Shown: positions 13,133-25,912 of the stretch, piece by piece
How positions within the stretch are numbered: the first letter of the stretch is position 1
Layout of the letters: every line of letters begins with the position of its first letter
Source of the DNA: Scenedesmus sp. PABB004
Taxonomy: Eukaryota
NCBI GenBank assembly: GCA_014905635.1
Contig: JABVCE010000014.1
Coordinates: 186,001 to 250,000 of the forward strand
Length of the DNA: 64,000 nucleotides
Direction: 5' to 3'
The notes under the pieces: model-generated
What the model was told of the DNA's origin: nothing
The model's database searches: none
What the model saw: the letters and a program-made list of their open reading frames with translations, nothing else
Translations under genes and position numbers: made by a program

Positions 13133-13612
13133 CGCAACGGAGCGCGCGGTCAGCCGCCGGTCAGCGCCGCACGCGCCCGCCGCCGGCGCGGCGCGCGAGC
13201 GCGTGCAGAGAGAGGCCAGCGGTGATAGTAGCTTCGGGCGCGGGCAGCTGGGCGGGCTCGACCAGCGGTAGCCGGGCCGCGGGCGCGCCGGCCGCAGCGC
13301 TTCACCGGCAAGCCCTGGCAGGGCTGCTGGTCCTGCGCTCCTCGCATGCTCCGCCCTGCGCTGCTCCGGTCCAGTCTGCGACGCCCACCGGTCAGCCCGG
13401 CCTCCCGCGCGCTCGGACGCACGACCATCTGCTGCCCGGCCGGCCCCTCGCCCGATCCGCGGCGCCCCGGCCCGCAGCGGCGCGGCCTCTTGCCCCAGCG
13501 CCGAGTCGCACCCCGGGCGCCACCCGGAAGCGCCCCGGCGGCGCGCGGCGGCGGCGGCGCGGCGGCGCAGCAGCAGCAGCAGCGGGCGGCGGTGCGCGGG
13601 CCGGCGCGCGCG

Positions 13613-14395
13613 ATGGCGTACCACGAGCTCGTGCTGGACAGCGCGGTGCGGGACTGGGTGTTCATCCCTCTCACGGTGTTCATCGTGCTCATGAAGCTGC
13701 TCATGCAGTACGCGCACAACATGACCAACGCGGCGCCGCCGAGCAGCAAGGAGCTGCCCGAGATCCGCGAGCAGCAGGCCGTCACGCGCAGCGGCCGCGT
13801 GCGCGGCGCGGCCAACTTCCTGCCCGAGACCGCGTTCCGCATGCGCCGCGACTACTTTGTGGGGCGCGAGGGCGGGCTCTTTGCCGCCAAGCCGGTGTCG
13901 CGCCCGATGCACGAGGCGATGGCGACCGACCCGTCGTTCATGGTCGACATGATGAAGAAAAACCTCACCGGCATGCTCCCCCAGATCGTCATGGGCGCGG
14001 CCGTGTCCTTCTTCTTCTCCGGCTTTGTCATGGGCAAGATCCCCTTTGGCCTCTCGCCGCGCTTCCGCCCGATGCTCCAGCGCGGCGTCGACCTGTCGTC
14101 GCTCGACGTGAGCTACTTCACGTCGCTCAGCTACTACTTTGCGCTGCTCTTTGCGAGCCGCGGGCCCTTCAGCCTCATCTTCCGCGAGGCGACGCTCGAC
14201 GAGACGGAGATGATGCGGCGGCAGATGAACCCCATGGCCGGCGGCGCGGCGGCGGGCTTTGACGCCGCGTCGGCGTTCAAGGCCGAGGTGGCCGGCTACG
14301 ACGCGGGCGAGCACGAGTGGGCGCTCGCGGGCGCGGAGGACGAGGCGCTCGCGGTGCTGCGCGCGCGCCGCGCGGCGGCGGCGGCGCCGCGCTGA
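13613..14395 (+). CDS. EMC3: ER membrane protein complex subunit 3 (DUF106), intronless
   Basis: MAYHELVLDSAVRDWVFIPLTVFIVLM...FFFSGFVMGKIPFGLSPRFRPMLQRGVDLSSLDVSYFTSLSYYF; TGTAA at 14461. Confidence 0.96.
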   Translation: MAYHELVLDSAVRDWVFIPLTVFIVLMKLLMQYAHNMTNAAPPSSKELPEIREQQAVTRSGRVRGAANFLPETAFRMRRDYFVGREGGLFAAKPVSRPMHEAMATDPSFMVDMMKKNLTGMLPQIVMGAAVSFFFSGFVMGKIPFGLSPRFRPMLQRGVDLSSLDVSYFTSLSYYFALLFASRGPFSLIFREATLDETEMMRRQMNPMAGGAAAGFDAASAFKAEVAGYDAGEHEWALAGAEDEALAVLRARRAAAAAPR

Positions 14396-15249
14396 GCTGC
14401 GCAGGCGGCAGCGGGCGGCAGCGGGGCGGGGCGCGCTGCCTCCCCCGCGCGCGCCGTCTGTGTAAACGGCTGCTCGGGGAAGCGCTCGCGCTGCTTGTCG
14501 CCGCCCCCCGCGGTCTGCAGCCCAGCCAGAGCGCGCCAGCGCGCCGCGTCGTGGGTCGCCGCCGTACTGCTGCTGCGCGCGAGCGGCCTGAGACGGCCGT
14601 GGCTGCGTTACCAAAGCACGCTCGGCATGCACACCAACTTGTCAGCGCTCGCAAGTGGACACCCGCCCCGCCCGCTCGCTGCGGCACGCGCTCCGCCCCG
14701 CCCGCTCCGCCCCCGGCGAGTGCAGCGCCCCGCTGCCGCTATCGCAGCCGGCGCTGCTGCTGCGCTGCTGAGCCCCCCGTGCCACCCGCCCACGCCCCGC
14801 TCCAGCCGCCTGCTCGTCGGGGCGGCTGCTGCCCTGAGAGGCTGCTGCTGCGCGCGCAGGCTCCCCGACGGCGCCGGCTGCCGGGCCGCCCTCAAGACCA
14901 CCAAAAAGGGGCGGCACGGCCGCCGCCTGGCCTTCCGCAGCCAGCGGTGCCGCACCAGCGCGCCCTCCAGCCAGCGCCGCCGCGCGCGGCGCCCGGCCCA
15001 CCACGGCGGCGCGCTGCCGCCAGCGCCGGCGCCGCCGCCCCCACGCGGCGCTGCTGCGCCGCACCGGCGGCGCCGTCCGCGCGCCGTCCACCGCCCCTGC
15101 ACAAACCCGCTGCCGCGCCAGGCCTCCGGCGCCGCGCAGCGCCCGCGCCGCGGCCGCCGCCGCGGCTGCCGCGCGCCGCAGCCGCGCGCGGCTCGCCAGC
15201 GCTCCGCGCTCGGCGGCGCTGCTGACGGCATGACCCGTCGTCGTCGTCG

Positions 15250-15296
<47 letters not shown>

Positions 15297-15307
15297 GGGC
15301 GTGGGGT

Positions 15308-16336
15308 CTAAATCTCGGCGATGTCGTCGAAGTCGAAGAACCTGCGCGCCGGCAGCAGCGGCGGCAGCAGCAGCGGCGGGCGGCAGCAGCGAGCGGCGTC
15401 AGCAGCGGCATCAGCGGCAGCGGCGAGGGCGCGCATGGCCGGGGCGCCGCCGGCGGCCGTGCGCGCGGCTGCCGCGGCCGGGCGCGCTGCCGCGCGCCGC
15501 GGCGGCGCCGCCAACTGCCGCAACCCCCGCAGCTGCCGCTGCGCTGCGCTGCTGCGCACGGCGCGCGGCGCGCCGGCCGCGCGGGGCCGGCGCGGCGCGC
15601 CGCGGCGCCGCCCAGGCCTGCCCCCGCGGCGGCCGCCGCCCCGGCGGCGGCGCGGCGCGGCCGGCGGCCGGCGCGCGACGCACTCGGCGTTCTCGTTCTC
15701 GTCGCCCTCCATCATCGCGTCGGTGTCGTTGACGCGGATGTTCTCCGGCAGCTCGCCGTACTGCTTCAAGCTGCGCGCCTCGTCGGCCATGTACTTGAGG
15801 ATCACGTCGCCCTTGGCGTCCTGGTACTCGCGCAGGCCGACCAGCACGATGTCGCCCTGGTTCACCCACACCTTCTTGCGCATCTTGCCGCGGATGTGGC
15901 AGAGGCGCTTGACGCCGTCGATGCACTGCGCCTCCAGGCGCCCGTTGCCGAGCATGCGCAGCACCTGCGCGTACTCCTGGCCGTCCTCCTTGAAAATGAG
16001 CTCCCGCTTCTCCTCGTTCTCGTTCTTGCCCCTCCTGCGAGCGCCAGCGCCGAGAGCGGCGATCGGGCCGCGCCCACGCGCGCGCGGCGGCCCGCCCCGG
16101 CCCCCCGGCCGGCGCCCAGGCCGGCGCCGCTGCCGCGCATCGCCGCCCCCGCCGCGCCGGCGCGCAGCAGCCCGCGTGGCGCGCACCTGCGGTTCTTACC
16201 ACCCTTGCCCTTGTTCTTGGGCTGCGGGACCGCCGCGGCGGGGGCGGTGCGCGTCAGGGCGGGCGGCCATCGCGCCGCGCCAGCGCGCCGCGCGCGGGGG
16301 CCGAGACAGCGCGCGACCGCGCTGCGGGCGCACCAT
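15308..16336 (-). CDS. eIF1A: Eukaryotic translation initiation factor 1A, 4 coding exons (first is the ATG alone)
   Basis: ATG|gtgcg at 16336-16334, [69 protein letters not shown]...FDFDDIAEI*. Confidence 0.97.
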
Positions 16337-16665
16337 GGCGACGCTCCGGGCGGGACGCTGCTGGGGCTGGGATCAGGGCCGGCCGGGCAGGCGCGTGCAG
16401 CGAGCTCTGGGGGCGCGCTCTCGCGGGCGGCTGCGCGCTGTGCGGGCGTGGCGACGCGGCAGGGCGCGGGGGCCGGCGCTGGAAAGGAGCGAGGCCAGCG
16501 GCGCCGGCGCCGGCATGCGCCGCCGCCCGCAAGACCGCCGCTGCTGCGCCGCCGCCGCGCCCCGCAGACTTCCCGCGGCGGGCGCGCATTTCGTGGCGCA
16601 GCACGTCGGGGCCCGCTTGCCTGCGCCTGCCAGGCGCCCAGCAGCGCTGGCGCGCGCGCGCGCGC

Positions 16666-18969
16666 TCAGGCGCCGCCGCCGCCGCCGCTCGCGCCGCGCG
16701 TGGGTCCGCTCGGGTCATCGCCGCCGCGCGCGCCGCCGCCGAGGCGCATGCCGCGCCCCAGGCGCTCCAGGACCAGGGAGACGTGCTTCTTGAGCCGCGC
16801 CGTGTCGGGCGCGGGCGCGAGCGCCGGCGCGGCCGCGGCCGTGTCCTTGGCCGACCGCGCCAGCGCCGTGCGCAGCAGGTGGGTCGTGGCCGCCTCCGTC
16901 ATCTCCTCCCAGCTCACCTGCGCGGCGCGGCGGCGGGCGCGGCGACGACGCCGATCGGCCGCGGCCAGGCGGCCCAGCTGTGCCTGCAGGACGGCCGGCG
17001 CGCGCTCCTCACTCACATCGTCCGCGCCGTCCTGGACCACGGGGCTCAGCACGCAGCGCAGCAGCTCGTACTCCTTGTCCGACAGCGCGTAGCGGTACCT
17101 GGACGCGGGGCCAGGAGGCGGCGGCGGGGGTGCGGGCACGGTCGGCGGCGGCCGCGGACGGCGGCGGCTGCCACATGGCCGCGCCCCGCGCCCACCTCGT
17201 GAGCAGCAGCAGCAGCTGCACGCCCGCGCCCAGCGCCTGCGCCGCGTCCGCCAGCTGCGCCTGGCCCTGCTCAATCTGCGCCGGCGGGCCGGCACGCGGC
17301 GCGCGCACGGCGTGGGCTGCGCACGCGCCGCCCCCGGCGGTGCCGGAGCGGCAGGCCCCGCGCGGCCCCGGCGCGGCCGGCCGCGCCGCCGCGCGCCTGC
17401 GTTGCCAGCTCCATGATCTGCTCGTGTGTCTCCTCCATCAGGACGTCCAGCTGGTTGAGCGGCGGCGCGCTGCTGTCCTGCAAGCCGGACACGGCGGCGC
17501 CGCGCCGCGCGGCCGGGGCGGGCGGGCGGGCGCGTCGGGCGGCGTGGCGGCACCGCCAGGCGGCCGCGCAGCCAGCCAACAGCCCCGGCTCTGCTTCGCG
17601 CGGCACACGCGGAGCAGTGCACGCGCCGCCGGCCCCGCCCGGCGCGGCGGCGCACCCGATACCGCACGAGCAGGCGCTTCTGCACGGCCCGGAACTGCGC
17701 CTCGCGCGCCTCCAGCGCCGCGCCGGCGTCGGCGAGGCGCCGCCGCGCCGCAAAGTGCGCGTCGACGAGCTCCAGCACGTCCTGCGGCCCCCGTCGCCGC
17801 GGCGGCGAGCGAGTCAAGCGCAGGGCCGCGGCAGCAGCGCCCCCCCCCCCCCCCCCGCGCGCGCCTGCAGGGGCAGCGCGTCATCAAAAGACATGCTGAA
17901 CGCGGGCTGGCCGCCGCCCGCCGCCGGCGCCGCCTGCGCCGCCGCGCGCCGCGCTGGCGCCGGCCCCCCTCGGCCGCCGCAAAGTGCGCGGCGAGGCGGC
18001 GCGCGAGCTCGTAGGCGGCGAGCCACATCGCGCCGAGGCAGCTGCCCTGCAGGCGGTAGCGGCCGCCGGCCTTGGACACCAGCACGCTCACGTCCTGGCC
18101 GCCGGCGAACACAAAGCTCAGCACGTTGGCGCCCTGCGCGCGGCTCAGCGCCTCCGCGTGCGCCGGGCTGGCCTGCGCGGCGCGGCGGCGGGCGGCGCGC
18201 GCGCGCGCGCGCGCGCGTGTGGGCGGCCGCGCCCTCGCTCGCCGCGCAGCAGCCCGCGCTGTCCCGTCACCCTCCCCTCCGACGCCCTCGCCGCCGCTGC
18301 ACCTGGACCAGCATGTCGCCGAAGAGCGCCGTGAGCTGCACGGGCTCGCGGTTGGTGTTGAGCGTGACTTTGAACGCGGCGGCCTTGATTGGCGGCACGA
18401 CCTGGCGGGCCCGGGGCGCGTGCGGGGCGGCGCGTGACGCCGGCGCGGCGCGTGAGCGTGACGCCGGCGCGGCGCGCGCGAGCCGCTGCGCCCCGCACCT
18501 GGCAGAACAGGCACATTGGCAGCTCCAGCGTGAGCTGGGCGCTGCACAGTGCCGTGTCGCCGGCCACCCGGTACGTGGCCACGACCTGGCGGCGGCGGCC
18601 CCGGCAGTGACTGGTCGGTCCTGCGCTGGCCGGCAGCGGCGGCGCTCACCGCCGGAGGCTGGCTGGCAGCAGCCGCCCTCACCTCGGCCGTGTTGGCCGA
18701 CGGCACGCCGGCCGCGCCGCCGCACGACGCGGGTGCCTGCAGCACGATGCGCACGGCGCGCGGCTCGCCCCGCCCCGCCCTGCTCGCTGGCGGCAGCTCC
18801 GGCAGCAGCACCTGCTGCTGCAGCGCGACGACCGGCGGCGGCGCGAGCACGCTGACGCACACGTCCTGCAGCCCCGCGCCGCCCGTGTTGCTGAGCAGCA
18901 GCGTGACGCTCAGCTGCCGCGCGCTGCCGCCGGCGCCCCCGGGCGGCCGCCAAAGCCGCCGCCGCCGCC

Positions 18970-19000
<31 letters not shown>

Positions 19001-19440
19001 CCGCTGTCGTCGCCGTCGTCCGGGCCGGCGCCGTCGCCGGCGTCGAGTCGGCCGGGCACCTGCGCGCGCAGCACGAGCGCTGCCGCGCTGCCGTCCGGCT
19101 CGTGCTGCGGCGCGTCCGCGTCTGCCGCCCGAATCTTCGCCAGCAGCGCGCGCCGCTCCGCCTCCATGGCTGCGTAGTCCAGCGGCCGCGCCTCAGCAAA
19201 CGCGGGCGCGTGCCGCGGCGGCTCGGTGCCGAGGTACAGCACCGCCAGCCTGCCTGCGTCGTCGAGCGCGACGAGCATGCCGTGGCTACCGCCCAGCTCC
19301 GCGACGCGCAGCGCGACCGGCACGAGCTCCAGCCGCGCCGCCCAGGCGAGCGCGTGCCCGCGATACACCATCAGCGCGCGCGTGTGCGTGCCCACGAGCA
19401 GGCTGTCCGGCGGTGCGTCGTCGGCGCCGGCGCCGGCGCC

Positions 19441-19472
<32 letters not shown>

Positions 19473-20745
19473 TGGGGAAGGGCCACGCCGCGGCGGGGTG
19501 GTAGTCGAGGCGGCGCTGCACCAGCAGCGCGCCGCGCAGGTCCAGCACGAAGAAAGTGTGCTCCGCGAGCACCAGGATGTCTGGCGGTGCGCCTGCGCCG
19601 CGAAAGGCGGGCGGCGGGCGCGTGCGTGCGCGCGGCGTCGCGCGCGTGTCAGCGCCGGCGCTGCCCGCCCGCCCCTGCGTGGTGCGGCCAGCGGGCAGCG
19701 CGCGCGGCCGCACCCCCGCGGCTGCCCGGCGACACGCGGCCGGTGCGGATGTCCAGCGCCGCCTCGCCCAGCACGACGGTCCAGTCCGCCTGCACGCGCT
19801 TGCCGCCGGCGCCGGCGCCGCCGCCGGCCGCAGCGAGGCCGCTGTAGGTGTAGCTCACCAGCTCCAGCGCCGCGGTGGAGGTGACGAAGCTGTCGGCGGC
19901 CGCCACGTACGCGAGCGGGCCGGGCAGCAGGAAGTCGGGCAGGCGCCGCGCAAACGCGAGCGCCTCGCCCTCGAACACCGCCAGCTCGCCGTCCAACGAC
20001 TGCACCGCGATGTGCTCCACGCCGGCGCCTGCGCACGCGCGCGCGCGCTTGGGCGGCGGGGGCGGCTCGGCCTGCGCGTGCGCGGCGCGGCGCGGCGCGG
20101 CGCGGCGCGGCGGGGCGCGGCTTGCCCCTGCGCCCGGGCCCTGCGGCGGCCCACCGCCGGCGCCGCCGAAGCAGCCGGTGGCCATGTTGGCGGCGGTGCG
20201 GTCCAGGGCGTGGTCGTAGAGCTTGTCGAGCTGCAGGTAGCTGCCGCCCACCGCGCGCAGCGCAAACACCGCCAGCTTGCGCGGGTGCAGCACCGCGAGG
20301 CGCAGCTCCGGGCCGCTGCGCCCGGCGGTCAGCGGGCGGCGGGCGCGCTGGCCGTGCGCGCGCCGCCAGCGCCGGCGGCCGCGCTCAGCACGCGCGCCGC
20401 GGCGCGCACCCCAGGAAGCGCCCCGCGGCGAGCTGCAGGACGCTGCCCTCGAGCTCGGCCTCCAGCAGCACGTCCTCGACGTGGTAGCCGCGGCCGTGGG
20501 GCTGGTGCACGCGCAGCACGCCCGCCAGGCTGCCGGTGACGATCTTGGCTGCGCCGGTCGGCGGCGGCCCCGCGGTGCGCGGCGCTGCTCGGCGGCCGGC
20601 CCCGAGCTGGCAGCGCGGCGGCGCGACCCGCCGCACCGTCGCCGCTGGGGTCGTTATCGATGTTGGCCACCACCAGGCCGCCCTGGTCGAACTCCTCGCC
20701 GCCCAGGCGCGTGGACCACCACTCGCGCGCCGCGAACAGCGACAT
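16666..20745 (-). CDS. BBS9: BBSome subunit BBS9 (PTHB1), multi-exon
   Basis: MSLFAAREWWSTRLGGEEFDQGGLVVANIDND, KIVTGSLAGVLRV, VLHPRKLAVF, FLLPGPLAYV, GGRYRLQG, AQFRAVQKRLLVRY, WEEMTEAATTHLLRTALARS. Confidence 0.94.
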
Positions 20746-21078
20746 GGCCGCCGCGCCCCGCTGGGGCCGCGAATCGGCCTCAGGGTGCTTGCCGCATGCG
20801 GTGTCACTCAGCGCGGCACTCTCACGCGCTGCGGGCACGCGAGGCGCCGTGTGGAGGGCGAGGCGGCAGCAGCGGCGGCGGCGGCGGGAACGCGGCCCGC
20901 GGCGCGAGGTGCGGGCGTGTCGTGCGTCCAGCGATGCGGGTGGGCTGAACAGGTGCGTGCCTATTTCGGAGCGGGGGGCCGTCGCGTTCTGGGGGCCGAG
21001 CGGCGCCGCCGCGTTTTCACGTCGCGCGAGCCAGAGGGGCCCGCCGCGGGGCCGCCCGCCCTGGCACCGGCGCCTCCC

Positions 21079-22383
21079 TCACGCCTTGACCTTGTACGAC
21101 ACGCTCGTGTCGACCTTGTGCACCTGCGCGGCGGCGGGCGGCGTGCTGGGCCCGCGCGGCGCGCAGCAGCCGCGCCGCGCCGCGCCGCCGCGCCGCCTGC
21201 CTTGGTCGTGAAGGAGCGCAGCTTCATGTCCTCGCTGTTGCTGATGTAGCGCGGGTCGCTCTCCTCCCTGCGGCGGCGGCGCGGTCAGCCAGCGCGGTCG
21301 GTCGCGCAGCGTGCGCTCTCGCGCAGCGCACGCGCGCGCCGCCTGCGTCCGCCGGCGCGGCGCCGGCGCCGGCGCGGCGCGCACCAGTCGGTCGGCACCG
21401 ACGACTCCTTGTGCGTGTAGACGAGCAGGTCAAACGTGCCTGCGCCGCGCCGGCGCGCGCGCGCAGCGGTCGACCGCCGAGCGCCGCGCGCTGCGCCCCG
21501 CTGCACGCTGCGCGCGGCGCGCCGCCGCCGCCGCGCGCGCGCCTCCGCCCCCTCTCCCTGCGCACGCACATGGGTCCTCCAGCAGCGGCAGGAAGGTCAC
21601 GCTCGCGGTGATCTGGCGCACCACCGCCTGAATCTCCTTCATTATTGTCTCACGCGGCTTGTCAGCCGCCGCCCTGCGCGGCACGGCGCAGCGCACGCGG
21701 GCTCGGGCGGCGTGCGGCGCGCAGGGCACGCCGGCACGCCTGCACGCCGCCGCGCGGGCCCGTGCGGCTGGCGCGCCCGGCCCGGCCCGCGCGGGCGCGC
21801 GGCGGCGCCACGCACTTGCCCTGCAGCACGTCGCCGTCGGTCTCGACGACAAACGTCCAGCGCTCGAGCACCTCGCGGCTGCCGACCGCGCTGCTGATGA
21901 CGAGCACGAGCCGCTGCAGCGCGCCCTCCTCCAGCCACGCTGCGGCGGCGGTGGCAGCGACGGCGGAGACATTAGTAATGTCTCCGTGAGCGCGGCGGCC
22001 GCAGTGATTGGTGGGCCGCGCCCCGGCGGACCACACGCGCGCGCGAGCGCGCACTCGACATCTGCTTGGTGACCGTCGCGAGGTACTTGGCGAGGCCCTC
22101 GTCCTTGGAGACCATGATGCTGAGGCCGTAGTGGGTCTCCTGCTTGAAGCTGTCGTTGGGGTAGATGCCGCGCTGGAACAGGATGCTGCGGCGCCGCGCC
22201 CGCGGCCGCGCGGCGGCGGTCGCGCGCCGCTGCTGCTGCGCCACGCGCTGTGTTGCCGGCCGCCGCCGGCGCGGCCCCCCCCCCCGCGCACTTGTTGACC
22301 GCAAAGTTGAAGTACTCCGCCACGATCGCGGCGGAGCCCTTCAGGCTGATGGTGTTTTTGCTCCGCGTCGCCGTGGTCGCCAT
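21079..22383 (-). CDS. MAD2: Spindle assembly checkpoint HORMA protein MAD2, 7 exons
   Basis: [40 protein letters not shown]...EVLERWTF...IMKEIQAVVRQITASVTFLPLLE-TFDLLVYT..VPTDW-EESDPRYI..MKLRSFTTK-VHKVDTSVSYK. Confidence 0.97.
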
Positions 22384-22790
22384 CCTGCGCTGCTGCGTGC
22401 CGGCCTGAGCTGCTGGGCTGCTGGGCTGGCCGGCCGGCGCTGCGGGCGGTGGCTGAGGGGGCGCCGCGTCCACTGGCTGCGGCGCAGGCAGCGGCGGTGC
22501 TCGAGCAGCGTACGGCGGCGCCGCGAGCGCTTGAACCGCCGCCAGCTGTCGTCATTCTTGGTGCTTGGCTGGGCGAACGGGCTCCCGCGGGCCCAGATGG
22601 CCCCTCCCACTTGCCAGGGCCTGGACAGCGGCTTTCACCGGCATCGCCGCCAGCCCTGCCGCCGGCGCTGCCGCTGCCGCTGCTGCTGCCAGCGCGTGCG
22701 CGGGGCTGCGCCGGCGGCTGCGGCGGCCGCGTCACCACCAACAACGCCGGTGCACACACAACTGCCCCGCCGCTCGCTCACTCCTGCTCC

Positions 22791-23257
22791 TCAGCCCGCG
22801 CCGGCGGCGCGGGCGCGGCCGGCGCCGCGAGCGGCGGCGCGGCCGGCGGCGCGGCCGGCGGCCCAGCGCTCGCGCTGCGGGCGCGACGGCGGCGGGAGCG
22901 GCGGCGTCAGCTGCGGGAGCGGCGAGCGTGCCCGCCGGCGCCGCCGCAGCACGCGTCAGCTCAGCACGCGCACCCGGCCGCGCCGCGCTCGCGCTCGCGC
23001 ACCTCCAGCGCTGCGTTCATCTTGCGCAGCTGATCCGCATACAGCGCGCGGGCCTCGGCCTCCCTCGCCGCGAGCGAGCGCGGCGGGCGCGCGGCCGCGG
23101 GCGGCGGCGCCGCGGCGACGCCGAGCTGCAGCGCGAGGCCGAACGCCAGCGCCGCCGCCGCCGCGCCGCGCAGCGCCGCGGCGCGCGCCGGCGGCGGCGG
23201 CCGCGCGGCGCGCGACGGCGCGGCGGCGCTCGGGGTCGGGCGCGAGCGCAGCTGCAT
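22791..23257 (-). CDS. Small hypothetical protein, possibly plastid/thylakoid-targeted
   Basis: MQLRSRPTPS... Arg/Ala-rich leader, hydrophobic stretch AAAAALAFGLALQLGVAAAP, then AREAEARALYADQLRKMNAALE|gtgcg; second exon inferred ~22874-22791. Confidence 0.4.
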
Positions 23258-23712
23258 CGGGCGTGTGCTGGGCCGCGGCGGCGGACTGGGCGTGGCACAC
23301 GGGCGCGGCGGTGGGCAGCGCGCGCCGGCGCGTCGTGACGGCCGTGGTTGCAGGCGCTTCAGCCCCGCCGCCTCTCACATCGCATCGGCTGCGCGCAACG
23401 CGCGCTCACACGCGCACACGCACACGGCCTCGCCTCGCCGACGACGGGCGGCGCCGCGCGCCGCTGCTGCCGTCTCGCGCCGCCGCCCACGGCGCGCGCC
23501 AGCCCCCAGCCGCCAGCCGCGCGTCCCCCGGCCATATCCGCTGCGGCTCGCACGCAGGAGCAGGCAAGGAGGTGAGGCGCGGCGCGGCGGCGCGGCGCCA
23601 GCAGCGCGCCGCGCCAGCAGCGCGCCGAAGCGCGAGCGTCTCGCCGCGCCAGCGTCGCGCCGCGACAGCAACGCAGCCGCTGACCGACGCGCGCGGCCAC
23701 GCCGCAGGCGCC

Positions 23713-25431
23713 ATGGCCTCGACGGGCCGCCGCACGCGCGCGCGCGCCGCGGCGCCGGCGCCGGCGGGCGAGGCCGACGGCAACGCGCCGCCGCCGCCGC
23801 CGGCGCTGGCGGAGCTGCCCGAGGCGCTGGACGTCTTTGCGCGCCTGCCGCCGGCGCTGCAGGCGTGGAGCGCCAAGCGAGTCTGCAAGGCCGCGCGCGA
23901 GCGCTTCCGCGGCGCCACGGCCGTCTCGCTGCGCTGCCCCGACCTGCCGCTGGCCAGCGGCCGCTGGCCAGCTGGCCAGCGCCATGGCAGCGGTGCGCGC
24001 GGCCTTTGCCGCCCACCGCGTGCCCAGGCCGGAGTTGTACCGGCGCGACGTGGACGAGTGGCAGGGCCGGGTCGCCGAGGCGCGCGCGGCGTGCGGCGAC
24101 GTGGCGGGGCTCGTCTGGCTGCGCAGCCAGGCGGGCACGATGGGCCGCGTGTGCACGGCGGCCGCGGGCGGTGGCCACGTCGCGGTGCTGGAGTGGGCGC
24201 GCGCGCGGCGGCCCCGCCTCGCGTGGGACGCGAGCACGTGCGCCGCCGCGGCGGGCGGCGGGCACCTCGCGGCCCTCTGCTGGCTGCGCGCGCAGGGGTG
24301 CCCCTGGGACGGCAGCACCTACGTCAGCGCCGCGCGCGGCGGGCACCTGGCCGTGCTGGCCTGGGTGGACGCGCAGCCGCGGCCGCCGGCGCTGCCCGGC
24401 GCGGACGTCTGCGCGGCCGCGGCGGCCCAGGGGCACGTCGCGGTGCTCGCCTGGGCGCGCGACCGCGGCGCCGCGTGGGACTTCCGCGTGTGCGAGCTCG
24501 CCGCGGCCGGGGGCACCTGCACGTGCTCGAGCTGGCGCGCGGCGCGACGCCGCCGTGCGCGTGGCCCGAGCAGCGCATGTGCCTGCTGGCAGCCCGGCAC
24601 GGGCACGTCGCGGTGCTGGCCTGGCTGCGCGCGCTGCCGCGGCCGCCGCCCTGGGACGAGTCGGTGTGGTGCGCCGCGGCGGCGGGCGGCCACCTGGACG
24701 TGCTGGCCTGGCTGGCCGCCGCGCCGGGCAACACGCCGGAGCCGACGGCCGCGGCGGTCGAGTCGGCCGCCGGCGCGGGCCAGGTGGCGGCGCTCGGCGC
24801 GCTGCGGGCGCTCGACCCGCCGTGCCCGTGGTCGGAGGCGGCGTGCGCGGCCGCCGCGCGCGGCGGGCACGTCGCGGCGCTCGCCTGGCTGCGGGCGCAG
24901 GCGCCGCCCTGCGACTGGGACGCGCGCGCCGTCACGATGCACGCCGCGGCCGCGGGTGACGTGGAGCTGCTGCGCTGGTGCCGCTTGCACGGCGGCGAGC
25001 CGTGGAGCGCCGAGCTCTGTGCTGCCGCCGCGCGCGGCGGCTCGCTGCCCGCCCTGCGCTACCTGCGCGAGGGCGAGCCCGGCGACGTCTGCCCCTGGTC
25101 GGTCGACGTCTGCGTGGCGGCGGCGCAGCGCGGTGACGTGGAGATGCTGACGTTTGCCCGCGCCGGGCCCGACCCCGCGCCCTGGGGCGTCGCCGTCAGC
25201 GCGGCGGCGGCGCGCGCGGGGAGCATGGACGCGCTCGAGTGGCTGATGGCGCAGCGCTGCGAGTTTGACGCGTCCGCGCCCCTGGCCGCCGTGCAGGGGG
25301 GCCAGCTCCAGGCGCTGCAGTGGCTGCGCGCGCAGCGCTGCGCCTGGGACCGCGCGGCGTGCTTGGCCGCTGCGCAAGTCGCTAACTTCTGGTGGATCGT
25401 GCAGTGGATCTGGAAGCAGCGCTACTATTAG
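23713..25431 (+). pseudogene. Ankyrin-like repeat gene (W....CAAAA.GGH..VL.WLR repeats) with two frameshifts
   Basis: About 10 repeats of the algal/large-DNA-virus-type ankyrin motif spread over two frames. Frame breaks at a 34-bp insertion (23954-23987) and a G-run near 24509-24513; the latter may be a sequencing error. Confidence 0.75.
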
Positions 25432-25713
25432 AAGCGCGGTGCAAGGCGGGCTCGGGGCGGGCTCGCGCGGGCCCGGGGCGGCGGCCTCGCGGCGGCGCTT
25501 TAGCGGACCTCGGCTTGGCAGAGGCGCTTTAGCGGCGCTTTAGTGAGCGCGGCCTCACGCGTCGCCGACTTGAGTTGCGTGGCGGCGCCGATGAGTTGCG
25601 TTGAGTGCGGCGCCGAGGAAACTCGCCGCTCCCCGCGTCGCCGCCGCGCGGGCAGCAGCAGCGGCCGCGCCCGACCGCGCCAGCGCGCCGGGCGGCCTGC
25701 TCGGCGAAGCAGG

Positions 25714-25912
25714 ATGGCGCTCACCGCCTCCACGGACGCGCTCGCTGACCTGAGCCTGCGGCCGGACGACGCGGAGCAGAAGCAGGACGACGCGGTCGAC
25801 GCGGCGGAGCAGCTCCAGGGGCCCGAACAGCAGCTGCAGCTGCAGGAGCAGCCAGAACAGCAGCTACAGCAACAGGAGCAGCAGCTGCAGGAGCAGCAGC
25901 AGCTGCAGGAGC

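Noticed and set aside
22400..22780. Extra gene or N-terminal extension upstream of MAD2
   Set aside because: No recognisable protein or splice pattern; MAD2 homology begins at the ATG at 22383.
23713..25431. Endogenous giant-virus region suggested by the ankyrin repeats
   Set aside because: A single gene with host-like GC and no viral hallmark genes nearby; this repeat family is commonly expanded in chlorophytes.
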